Shown: piece after piece, positions 37,150-48,285 of the stretch
Layout: each line of letters begins with the position of its first letter
Numbering within the stretch: position 1 is the stretch's first letter
Source: Octopus bimaculoides
Taxonomy: Eukaryota
Assembly (NCBI RefSeq): GCF_001194135.2
Contig: NC_068988.1
Location: 15,718,111 to 15,771,067 of the forward strand
DNA: 52,957 bases
Direction: 5' to 3'
Notes under the pieces: model-generated
What the model saw: the letters and a program-made list of their open reading frames with translations, nothing else
Database searches by the model: none
What the model was told of the DNA's origin: nothing
Program-made: the position numbers and the translations under genes

Positions 37150-37377
37150 TTAATTCTTTAGCATTTAGATTACTCTCTCAAATGTAATGCTTATTTATTC
37201 ATATCGTTTTGAATTATTCATATCATCACCTCGTAGCATCAAATTTTGAAGATGTGATTGCTTATTGTTAGAATGAAATTGTAGGGTAGGTGTAAGAAGC
37301 TGGATCTAGCTTGTCTGAATATAAAATAGGTAGAATGTTTAGGCTGGACATGGCCAATTTAGATGCTAAAGGGTTAA
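37150..37377. mobile_element. piggyBac-like MITE (second family)
   Basis: TTAA|TTCTTTAGCAT...ATGCTAAAGGG|TTAA; a similar right end (tctgaatgctaaaggattaa) occurs at about 18013-18032 just after a gap. Confidence 0.6.
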
Positions 37378-37400
37378 TAGGCATACTCAACACAAATTAC

Positions 37401-37530
37401 CATTTTTCTCAATTCTTGTTAAAGGTTTCATTCCTGAAAATACTTCACTTAATTCCTGCATCCGTTCAGTGCCTTCCTTTTTGTAACCTTCCCACTTGGT
37501 CTGTTTTTCTAACAACATTTGTTTGAAGAT
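37401..37530 (-). CDS. WASHC5: WASHC5 coding exon E
   Basis: taacag|[43 protein letters not shown]+G|gtaatt; 130 nt, phase 0-1. Confidence 0.95.
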
Positions 37531-38005
37531 CTGTTAAAAAAAAATTGAAAATAAAATAAAAACATCGCTTTTTAAAAAAATAGATCAGGCTAGATGAGAT
37601 TAAACCGTGTTGGACCTGAGAACTCAAAAACAAACTAAATGAGATTACATAAGATCTGGTTATATGTACCAATCCATATAAAGTAAAACCAGAGTAAACT
37701 AGACTATATCAAACCAATTCAAGTTAGAACACTCATAAAATAAGAAATCCAATCCAGAACAGCAGATGCCATAAGAAAATAGTCATTGAAAGACAAGACA
37801 ACACTAGAGTCATGATAAGATTTGGCTTTTAAACATGTGAAACAGATTCATGCTATTTTAGAGAGGATGGTGGTTATGACGGTAGTCAGTAAATAATTAT
37901 ATTGGATTCAAGAGGTAAATAAATATACTGTCGATGTTTCTCATTGCTCGGTTATTTTACAGAGCTGCTGATGCTTGCTGCTTTCAATGGCATCTATTTA
38001 CAGCT

Positions 38006-38391
38006 GTGGAGGCGCAATGGCCCAGTGGTTAGGGCAGTGGACTCGTGGTCATAGGATTGCTGTTTCGATTCCCAGACCAGGCGTTGTGAGTGTTTATTGA
38101 GCGAAAACACCTAAAGCTCCACGAGGCCCCGGCAGGGGATGGTGGCGAACCCTGCTGTACTCTTTCACCACGATTTTCTCTCACTCTTACTTCCTGTTTC
38201 TGTTGTGCCTGTATTTCAAAGGGTCAGCCTTGTCACACTGTGTCACGCTGAATATCCCCGAGAACTACGTTAAGGGTACACGTATCTGTGGAGTGCTCAG
38301 CCACCTGCACGTTAATTTCACAAGCAGGCTGTTCCGTTGATCGGATCAACTGGAACCCTCGACATCGTAAGCGACGGAGTGCCAACAACAA
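38006..38391 (+). mobile_element. tRNA-derived SINE family 1, full-length
   Basis: Aligns by eye end to end with the 16529 copy; no clear TSD. Confidence 0.9.
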
Positions 38392-39895
38392 GATTTATAT
38401 CTATATGAGAGTTGAGTGTCAATTTAACATGGTCACAGTAAAGTACTGGTGAAAAGACATAAACCACAAATCTGGGGTAGCATCTTACCTCAAGTATTTG
38501 GATTAAACTGTAGCAAGTGGATTAACCTGTAACAAGGAATTTTAATGTGGAACCAAAATCAGCAGTTCAAGCTGGAGTTTTGGTGGTAAACTAAACTGAA
38601 CACTCATAGTAACATACCTATTACTTTACGTCAATGATGAAAACTCATTATATATTCTGTGAAAAAAAAAAACTATTGTTGAATAAATGACCTTTTTCAG
38701 TTCTGTCAGAATATAAATTGTGAATTGTAAGCACCTGAAGAGGTAAATTTTATAAGCCATAAGAATTGTACACACAAATGTTTAGGCCTTGTTGTTTATC
38801 TGAGAGTAAGGGAAGGAGGATTAAGTGGAGTTGTCTCATAGTCTGGAGGCAAGTAAATAATACTCTTTCCTTCTTTTTGTCACTATCAGATGAAAGAGGA
38901 AAGACTAACACACAAGTCTCTACATTCTTCACAGTAAATCAGAGAAAAAGGTAGTTAATTATCATTATACAATAACATTTTTTTTGAGAATCACTGCTAT
39001 TCTGCTGTCTTGTACAGAACCAGTTTAAGCAATGAATGAGTTAAAGCAGTTGAACTGTAGATGACTTTCTATAGAAAGTCACCAATATAATAATGGCTTC
39101 AAATTTTGGCACAAGGCCAGCAATTTAGGAGAAGAAGGCAAATCGATTACTACATTATCTTCAGTGCTCAACTGCTACTTATTTCATCAACCCTGAAATG
39201 ACAAAAGGCAAAGTCGACCTCGGTGGAATTTGAACTCAGAATGCAAAGACAGATGAAATGTTACTAAGCATTTTGCCTGGAATGCTAACAATTCTGCCGG
39301 CTTGCTGCCTTAGTCCTGAGTATAACAATAAATAAAGCGTTTGGAGATGAGATGAGTTTCTCATAAATTTGTAAGTTCTGAAGTATTTACATGTGTATTT
39401 AATGAAAGTTGTAAAGCAATGTCATTCAGAAAAGAGTTGAAACGATTATTCTTAATTGGATATTTAACGATGACATTGAGTGGAAATTGAAATGAAGAGC
39501 CAAGCCACTTACTGACAGTTTTTAATTAAGTAATTTAATGTGTGTTCACAATTATTAGAACCCCACCACCATCTCTTATAGTATTCTTTTGAATTTCATT
39601 TTAGTTTTACACCCATTTTTCTTCCATGATATAAGATAGATGGATTTTGTAAGTCTGGGCAATTACATAATACAGGGAAACCGTTTTCCAAGGTTGAACA
39701 GGCATGCTATTACAAGCCACTCTACTGTGAAGTAAATGTGGAACATGCTTGCCCACTTAGTAAGTCAAGGTGTTAAATGCTTTTACTATGCTTCATTGGG
39801 GTATTACAGTGTTAAAGTAACACGTGGGACTAAGCTTAATATCTTAACAATGTGATCGGTATATGTGCACATGCACATTCATATGCATATGTCAT

Positions 39896-40284
39896 CTTTG
39901 TTGTTGGCACTCTGTCGCTTACGACGTCGAGGGTTCCAGTTGATCCGATCAACGGAACAGCCTGCTCATGAAATTAACGTGCAAGTGGCTGAGCACTCCA
40001 CAGACACGTGTACCCTTAACGTAGTTCTCAGGGACATTCAGCGTGACACAGTGTGACAAGGCTGACCCTTTGAATTACAGGCACAACAGAAACAGGAAGT
40101 AAGAGTGAGAGAAAGTTGTGGTGAAAGAGTACAGCAGGGTTCGCCACCATCCCCTGCCGGAGCCTCGTGGAGCTTTTAGGTGTTTTCGCTCAATAAACAC
40201 TCACAACGCCCGGTCTGGGAATCGAAACCGCGATCCTATGACCGCGAGCCCGCTGCCCTAACCACTGGGCCATTGCGCCTCCAC
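39896..40284 (-). mobile_element. tRNA-derived SINE family 1, full-length
   Basis: 9-bp TSD ATATGTCAT at 39887-39895 and 40285-40293. Confidence 0.92.
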
Positions 40285-41089
40285 ATATGTCATGTATACT
40301 ATATATAACAGACATACATGAGCATATGTGTCAAGACAACCCGCATATACATATATACATACATCATCATCATCACGTCTGTTTACCATGCTGGCATGGG
40401 TTGGATAGTTTGACAGAATCTGGCCAGCTGAAGAGCTGCCTACGCTCCATGTCTGTTTTGGTATGATTTCAACAGCTGGATGCCCTTCTTAAAGCCAACC
40501 ACTTCACAGAGTGTACTGGATGCTTTTATGCAGCACTTTTATGTGGCACTGGCGCAGCTGCTTTTTATGTGGCACCAGCACCCACATGCCCACACACAAA
40601 CACATGTAATATATGATGGGCTTCTTTTAGTTTTTACAGAAATTACTGTAAAAAAGTTACTCAGGTTGTCACAGACATGTAAAAATAAGTCAAGTTAGTA
40701 TAAAACTAATGCAACAAGCATTAAAAAGAATATCAGAAATAATTACGAAGTAAGAAAAAAGACACTATTAGTTAATAACTGAGTTACTGAAATTATTCCT
40801 GCATGCATGGGAAACAACTCTGGACATGTTTTGATGTAATCAGATCTCATCAGTGAAGCATAAACTTTACCACACAGGCTTAAGTAGAGGTGAAAGAATC
40901 ACAAATTAAATGGACACTATTGTAGACAAATTGGTATGAAGTGAGTCTAATTTAAAGAAGAAATTAATGAAGATTCTACTTCGGCACAGCATTAGTCAAG
41001 TGAATCAACTTCACTATCTAACTGTTATACATAGAATATAAAGTAATTCCCTTCAATGGGATTTTAGTTTAAAAGAGTGAGGTAAAAGT

Positions 41090-41428
41090 AAAGGGTAAAG
41101 ACCCTCTTCAGTTATAAATGACCATGGGATTGCACCTAGAAAATTCCTCTCCAAGGCACAAGTCCAAGCGAGGTTATGGAAGATCAACAGTAGCCCATGC
41201 ACACCAGCCCCCCCCTCCCCATGCCACCAATGTTATCGAAGGGAAAGACAAAGGCTGATACAGCTTGGAACCAGTGACATTACAACCCATTTCTATAGCT
41301 GAGTGAACTGGAGCAATGTGAAATAAAGTATCTTGCTCAAGAACACAACCCACTGCCTGGTTTGGGGATTCAAACTCACTACTTCGTGATTGTGAGCCTG
41401 ATGCTCTAACCACTGAGCCATGCACTTC
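41090..41428 (-). mobile_element. tRNA-headed SINE (further family)
   Basis: Minus strand gcatggctcagtggttagagc...gagtttgaatcc...gtgttcttgagcaagatacttt: A box, B box and a CORE-like central segment; a degenerate relative is at about 26130-26280(+). Confidence 0.6.
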
Positions 41429-42110
41429 TGCTAAATGAGTGAGGTATCAAAGTAGATAATGTAAATTAAGTAATCTAACTGTCAGGACTAGATATTTAAA
41501 CATATCCATATCAATAAATAGTTACGTGAATTCCTAAAATGTAAAACATTAACGGTATATATCATTATATTGATCAGACTATCGGATATAGTTATATACC
41601 ATTGATCACAATGTGCTTCCTTGCATTGTTGTAGCTTCTGAATGATGCCATCCCAATGGCTAGGCAGACAGGCCAAAATTCCCCCTGAACAGAACACCAG
41701 TTCATTACAGGGTTAGGCATTTACAGCTGAGGGGATTGGAGCAACATGAAATGAAGTGTTTTGAGAAGATGATGTACCACTGTTCTGAGAATTGAAACTG
41801 CAATCTTGTGACCGACTGCTGTAATCTTGCATTCTTGCAACACCCTAACCGTTAAGTGATGTGCCTTCACAAAAGTCATATACAACAAAAGAAAAATTAT
41901 AGCTATCACACACAAATACGTAGTTGCTTGTACCGTTTTACTAATTGTTTTAGGTGCCAATGTAGTTGTGGAGCAAATATAGATACCATCTCACCAAAGG
42001 TTCCACTCAGCAGGATTGAACCCAGAACCACACAGCAACACCTGCACCTATAATGGTGAAAATTTAGAAAAGTTTTATAGCTTATAAATATCATTAAAAC
42101 TGTTACTTAC

Positions 42111-42241
42111 TTCTTTTAGCTTGAGTTCATATTGTCCAATATTTAGAAGAAGTTGGAATAGTGCTAGAGGTGAATATTGGCTGTCAGCAAGCACTTGTTC
42201 ACGAACCTGGCGATACTTTTTGGCATTTTCGTTAGTTGTAG
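42111..42241 (-). CDS. WASHC5: WASHC5 coding exon D
   Basis: atctag|(S)TTNENAKKYRQVREQVLADSQYSPLALFQLLLNIGQYELKLKE|gtaagt; 131 nt, phase 1-0. Confidence 0.94.
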
Positions 42242-42956
42242 CTAGATATGAAGAGACATAAATAGGAAGAAATATTAAATCATTTGGTTTTATCTTCTCT
42301 CTCTCTTTCTCTCTTTATAAATCCATATATCTCATTCTGTTGGTCCCTTAAGCCAAACCACTACATTACAGAACGTAAACAAGTCTTCACTGGTTGTCAT
42401 ACAGTGATAGGGACGAACTCAAAGACACACACAGATATATACATATATGTACGACAGGCTTCTCTCAGTTTCTGTCTATCAGATCCACTTACAATGCTTT
42501 GGTTAGCCTTGAGCTATAGTAGAAGCCATTTACCCAAAGTATCGCACAGTGGGGCTGAACCCAAGACCATACAGCCACACTTGCATCTACATATATAGAA
42601 AAACGCCAAAATATAAAGAAAAAAGACAAGTCCATTACTCACAAGCTTGTATGAGTAGGTAGCATGTGCTATGCTTTCGTTAAATGTTTCAGCTGTCATT
42701 GTAGTTAAAAGAAGACAGACAACTGCTCAGCTTCCCCATGCATGACTAAGCAAAACATATCCAGTAAGTGAGAGCCATAGGGAGCAGAAGGCTGCAACAG
42801 CAATAAGCTGGTACTCATTTTAACTGACACACTGGAACAAGATGAAATAAAATGTTTTGCCCAAGGACACTATGTAGACTGGACACTATGGGAATGGAAC
42901 TCACAACCATACAACTGTGAGCCTAACAACAAGACCATGTACCTTCACACAAATAT

Positions 42957-43336
42957 GTTGCTGGCACTCTGTCGCTTATGATGTGGAGGGTTCCAGTTGA
43001 TCCGATCAACGGAACAGCCTGCTCGTGAAATTAACGTGCAAGTGGCTGAGCACTCCACAGACACGTGTACCCTTAACGTAGTTCTCGGGGATATTCAGCG
43101 TGACACAGTGTGACAAGGCTGACCTTTTGAATTACAGGCACAACACAGAAAGTAAGAGTGAGAGAAAGTTGTGGTGAAAGAGTACAGCAGGGTTCGCCAC
43201 CATCCCCTGCCGGAGCCTCATGGAGCTTTAGGTGTTTTCGCTTAATAAAAACTCACAACGCCCAGTCTGGGAATCGAAACCACGATCCTATGACCGCGAG
43301 TCTGCTGCCCTAACCACTGGGCTATTGCACCTCCAC
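42957..43336 (-). mobile_element. tRNA-derived SINE family 1, full-length
   Basis: 10-bp TSD ACACAAATAT at 42947-42956 and 43337-43346; a degenerate fragment of the same family follows at about 43450-43550. Confidence 0.92.
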
Positions 43337-43840
43337 ACACAAATATACACACCTTATTAATAACAAGCAGTGGTAGACCCTTTATTACTTACACTGATGA
43401 ATATTCAGTTGTTCAACCAAATGTACATGGAACTCATTAAATAAAGATGTAAGTGGCTGAGTATTCCACAGACACGTGTACCCATCACATAATTCCAAAC
43501 TCGAATCAGTGTGTCAGAGTATGTGACAAGGCTGGATCTTTGAATTACAGCTGCAATCTATAAGACAGGCTTCTCTATAGTTTCCCTCTACCTAATTTTA
43601 CTGACAAAGCTTGTGTTGACTAAAGGTAAAGATACCATGCAGTGGGATCAAACCTTGAACCACAGGACTACAAAGCTAACTTTCTAACTACTCAGCTATG
43701 TTTGTGTATCCTTGCATCCACAAACAGTAAACATGATGCTTATGTTTTAACAAAATCCACTCTGAACATGCTATTTTGTAAAATAGATGTTTTTAAAATT
43801 CAAAAAAAAAAAAAGAAATTATATTTTTGAAAATGCTTAC

Positions 43841-44018
43841 AAGTTGGTAAAGCAGCAGTGTGTAACAATAACCAGCGAAGTGTGACGTTCCCTTCTCGCA
43901 TAACATTCATCAACTTCTGGATGTTGTCTAGAATGAAGTCCTCCTGTAAGACTCCTTCTTGTAGGTTCTTCTCTAGCTGGATATTAAGCCTTTTCATCTT
44001 CTGGTTATATTTTGTAGC
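43841..44018 (-). CDS. WASHC5: WASHC5 coding exon C
   Basis: tttcag|ATKYNQKMKRLNIQLEKNLQEGVLQEDFILDNIQKLMNVMREGNVTLRWLLLHTAALPT+T|gtaagc; 178 nt, phase 0-1. Confidence 0.95.
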
Positions 44019-46743
44019 CTGAAATATACATAGCGGACATTGTAACAAATTACCAGCAGATAATATACATTGATATACAGGGATTCTTGCATTATGGAAA
44101 CATTGCATTCCTGAAAATTTTGACATAACATGTAACACCGTCATTATCAATCATTTAACATTCACTTTTCCATTCTTGAAACCTTCACCTGTTTAAGGTA
44201 GTATTTTTCCATACCTAAAGGTGTAAGGTAGTATTTTTACATATCTAAAAACGGTGAGCTGGCAGAAACATTACCATGCAGAATTGTTAAAATACATAAT
44301 GGCATTTCACCCATCTTTATGTTCTGAGTTCAAATTCTGCTGAGGTTGATTTTGCTTTTCATCCCTTCAAGGTTGATAAAATAAATACTGGTTGAGCACT
44401 GGGGTTGATGTACTTGACTTGACTGGCCTTGTGCCAAAATTTCAAACCAACATTTTTCCATACCTAGATATGTTTTTCGCAGAAGACGGAAAAAAAACCT
44501 GATGATGATGTTCAATTACAACCATCATATGATATCTAGACAAGGGTACACATATACACACATACGCATATATATATATGACACTGGTCTCTCAGTTTCT
44601 ATCTGCCAAATTCACTCATAAAGCTTTAGTCAGCCTAGGGCAATTGTAGAAAACATAGCCGCACTGCATGGCAGTCCAAAGTGCCATGCAATGGGACTGA
44701 ACACAAGATCAAATGCTTGGGAAGTAAGTTTCTAAACCACATAACCATTTTTGAGTAACAAGAGAGTCAATAGAGAATACATTTCCTGTATTCGAATATC
44801 ATGATAAAGCAAGATTTTCAAGAATACACTTTTTCCATTATGATGTGAGAGATGTCTGTATATGAGCGAAATCGAGAGCCTCTATATGCTCAGTGGCCTG
44901 CTAGAAATAGCAGTTACATCTCCTCTAAATCACATGCTACTCTCTAAAAAACAAAAAGAAGGATACATTGGATAATGTAGTCTACTGTCCAAATAAATAT
45001 GAAATAAAAAAAATATTGCAACTGAAATGCTTCTGATGATGGGTATGCTTATTCAGAGATAACTTAGTCTCTTGAGTTTAATAATTCTTTTTTTGGAACA
45101 GTTGATCTTGAAGCAAATAAAGCTGAAATAACAGTATGTACATATTGGGTTAAAAGGACCTTCAGACAGGAAAAGTCAGAGGCTGCCAGTGGAACTTTTG
45201 CAGTTCAAAGGGATTTTTAAATCCAATATTTACATGCAAAGTTTTATTTGCTTAAAGATCCACCATTCCAAAAAAAGAATTATTTTCCATTCTCCCACAG
45301 TTTATAAATTCTTATGATGTCTCCAGTTAATATAACATCATTGGATTAAATAAAGCAGCAAGCTGGCAGAATTGTTAGCATGCAGGGCAAAATGCTTAGT
45401 GGCATTTCATCCATTTTTATGTTCTGAGTTCAAATTCCAGTGGGTCAACTTTGCCTTTCATCCTTTAGGAATCGATAAAATAAGTACCAGTTGAACACTG
45501 GAAGTTGATGTAACTGATTTACACTGTCACTTGAAATTGGTGGCCTTGAGTCAAAATTTGAAACCATTATTTATAGCTCTGTTTGCTTCAAGATCCACCA
45601 TTCCAAAAGAATTATTTCACATTCTCTCACAGTTTATAAATTTCAGTTAATAATAACATCATTTAACTAAATAAGGCAGGAAGCTGACAGAATCCTGAGC
45701 ATGCTGGGCAAAATACTTCATGGCATTACATCTGTCTTTGTGTTCTGAGTTCAAATTCTGCCAAGGTTGACTTTGCCTTTCATCCTTTTGGGGTCAATAA
45801 AATCAAGTACCAGAACACTATGGGTTCAAGTAATCGACTTACTCTGTCTCCTAAAATTGCTGGCCTTGTGCCAAAATTTGAAACCAATATAACACCACTG
45901 GACTAAATGTAATGTGCCATTACTTCATTGTTTGACTCAACATTAAATTGATGTTCATCTTTCCATTTATGCTCATCATTATGAATTTCTTGCCACTACC
46001 AACTTTTTCTCCATATTTTGGCTGATTTCCAGTTGGATTGAAAAGATTAGAGAGAGAATTTAGAGCGGATACATCTGTGTTCTGCAGTAAAAGGATAATG
46101 AGTGAATTAAGACAGTTTAGTGACTTTTAAGATCACCTCTGGTGAAAAGAACTACTCATTATTTTAATGACTAATTCTGAACAAGAAAGGCAAGGGAAAC
46201 AACTCAGTAATTTAAATTAAAACTAATATATGGTGTGTGTACATGTGTATGTTTGTGTGTATGAATAAGTCTGATCTTTGGCAGAACAGAGACAAATTCA
46301 GACATGTTTCATTGTTATTAAACTTCTTCAGCAAAACATAGTCTAACAGTTAATCTTACATGATTAGAGTACTATACAGGCTCTGTGGCAGACTACTAAA
46401 TGTATGGTTCTGATTTCAAACTAAAACTATTACATTGTGCTGCGGAAAAAGGTACATAACTCCCATTACTTCAGGTTATATGAAAGGCAATAACAGAGCC
46501 CATTCTTCTTTCATGATTGAAAGAACATTTCAACTGCAAAACACAGAAATAGTTCTATGTAACATTGCATGGAAAAAGGAACACAAAGCAAAAACAAAAA
46601 AATAACAAACCAGTTTATATCTTGTATTCAATATGCACCTATCTACTTGCCAATTTTGATAGCAACTAATAATTGTCCTCCGTTTAGTGAAGGTATTTAT
46701 ACCAAAAGAAAACATTAAAATGACCAAAGCAAAGAAGTTTTAC

Positions 46744-46857
46744 CTGTTCCCTAATATTACTCTGCTCTAGAGTGTTGTTCAGAGCAATCATTGCAGCTTT
46801 GTAAGGGGACCAGACATCAATTAGGTTCACAATTATACCCATGTAGACACTTATTAT
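46744..46857 (-). CDS. WASHC5: WASHC5 coding exon B
   Basis: tttcag|[38 protein letters not shown]|gtaaaa; 114 nt, phase 0-0; absent from the ORF track. Confidence 0.95.
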
Positions 46858-46929
46858 CTGAAAACATTATAAAAAGGGAAAAGTGAACATTAGATTATAG
46901 GAAAGTGGTTATACACCATTAGGTGTACA

Positions 46930-47165
46930 CCCGCTTTCCTATATTAAATTCAAAAGAAACAACGAAATGCTGACTCCGAACCATCAACACAACAATATTT
47001 ATTTACGGAGGAAATAGGCAGCCATGAATTGGTTGCTGAGACGCCTTCTGTGAGAGAGCTCTGGGCTGGACGTCCAACCTCTCCGCCGGCCGGCGAGATA
47101 AGAGACTGAAAAAAGCGGGAACGTTTAGATGTTGAATTCCACGCATGCGCATGGGACAAGGCGTT
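46930..47165. promoter_or_regulatory. CpG-rich non-repetitive island in WASHC5 intron A-B; candidate promoter or first exon
   Basis: About 15 CpG in ~235 nt against a CpG-poor background; CACGCATGCGCA at about 47140-47151 resembles the NRF1 palindrome; no second copy in the window. Confidence 0.35.
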
Positions 47166-47222
47166 ACTACAAGATAAACAGCAAGGAGGTGAAGCTTTAA
47201 GAACTATGAGATGGATGTAAAA

Positions 47223-47383
47223 CAGCTGCTCTCAACAGGAGTCCACCTATAATTTTGATGTTACAAATTAGGCACAAAAAATTGGCCATAGTTCTACAAT
47301 ACACAAAATGTTATAACAATTTTTTAAAATACAATTTCTAGTAATATTTAATTATAGAAATATAAAATGGTTGAGAACCACTG
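47223..47383. mobile_element. Short hAT-type MITE
   Basis: Termini cagctgctctcaac...ggttgagaaccactg; 8-bp flanks ATGTAAAA and ATGTAAAC. Confidence 0.6.
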
Positions 47384-47932
47384 ATGTAAACAAGCTAAAA
47401 CAACCTGGAATAAGTTGCAGAAAATCTCTCATCATTTATCACTTTATGTGCATTTTTCCTTGCTGGTGTGAATTACATGGGTCTCTTTCAGAACTGCATT
47501 TCACAAATTGTCCCAGTCATTCATACTTTCTTTAAGGAACTGCATTCTAACATCAGACCTCACTTTTCCCATCTGTTTCAATTTCCTTATTAGCAGGAAC
47601 CTTTTCTCTGTATCATTTGACACTTTTCACCCAACTGTCAATCCTCATATGTATTACATGTCTACACTAACACTGTCTACTCTCTTGCATGCTATATCTG
47701 ATTTTCTGATTGCTTTGATGCTCAATTTTTTTTCACTCCCTTTACCAGTGTCCCATCATTCCCATACACTGATATGACACATTTGGATCATATCTTTCCA
47801 ATATTTGTGCAACCTTTGCTAATAAACATCAGGCCTCATACACAAATGCCATATAATTTGCTCTTTGCTTGGAAGATTGGGAAAGAACTGCTAGTTGCCA
47901 ATAATTCCATCAACTTTTTGTATTCAGTTTCA

Positions 47933-48285
47933 TCAGTCCCACTGCATGGCATCTTGGGCAAGTGTCTTCTACTATAGCCTCGGGCCGACCAAAGCCTTGT
48001 GAGTGGATTTGGTAGACGGAAACTGAAAGAAGCCTGTCGTATATATGTATATATGTATATGTATATGTGTGTTTGCATGTCTGTGTTTGTCCCCCCCAAC
48101 ATCACTTGACAACCGATGCTGGTGTGTTTATGTCCCCGTAACTTAGCGGTTCGGCAAAAAGAGACCGATAGAGTAAGTACTAGGCTTCCAAAGAATAAGT
48201 CCTGGGGTCGATTTGCTTGACTAAAGGCGGTGCTCGAGCATGGCCACAGTCAAAAGACTGAAACAAGTAAAAGAGTAAAAGAGTA
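47933..48285 (+). mobile_element. SINE family 4, 5'-truncated copy
   Basis: Near-identical to about 23970-24334. Confidence 0.85.

Noticed and set aside
38750-38932. LLSDKQQ peptide resembling strumpellin MLSEKQ
   Set aside because: The true exon for that region is 37401-37530, with far better similarity and correct phases.
46930-47120. snoRNA or snRNA in the CpG-rich island
   Set aside because: There is no good C box (RUGAUGA) or Sm site and no match to U11, U12, U4atac or U6atac as I recall them. The 8-bp terminal inverted repeat (CCCGCTTT/AAAGCGGG) could be chance.
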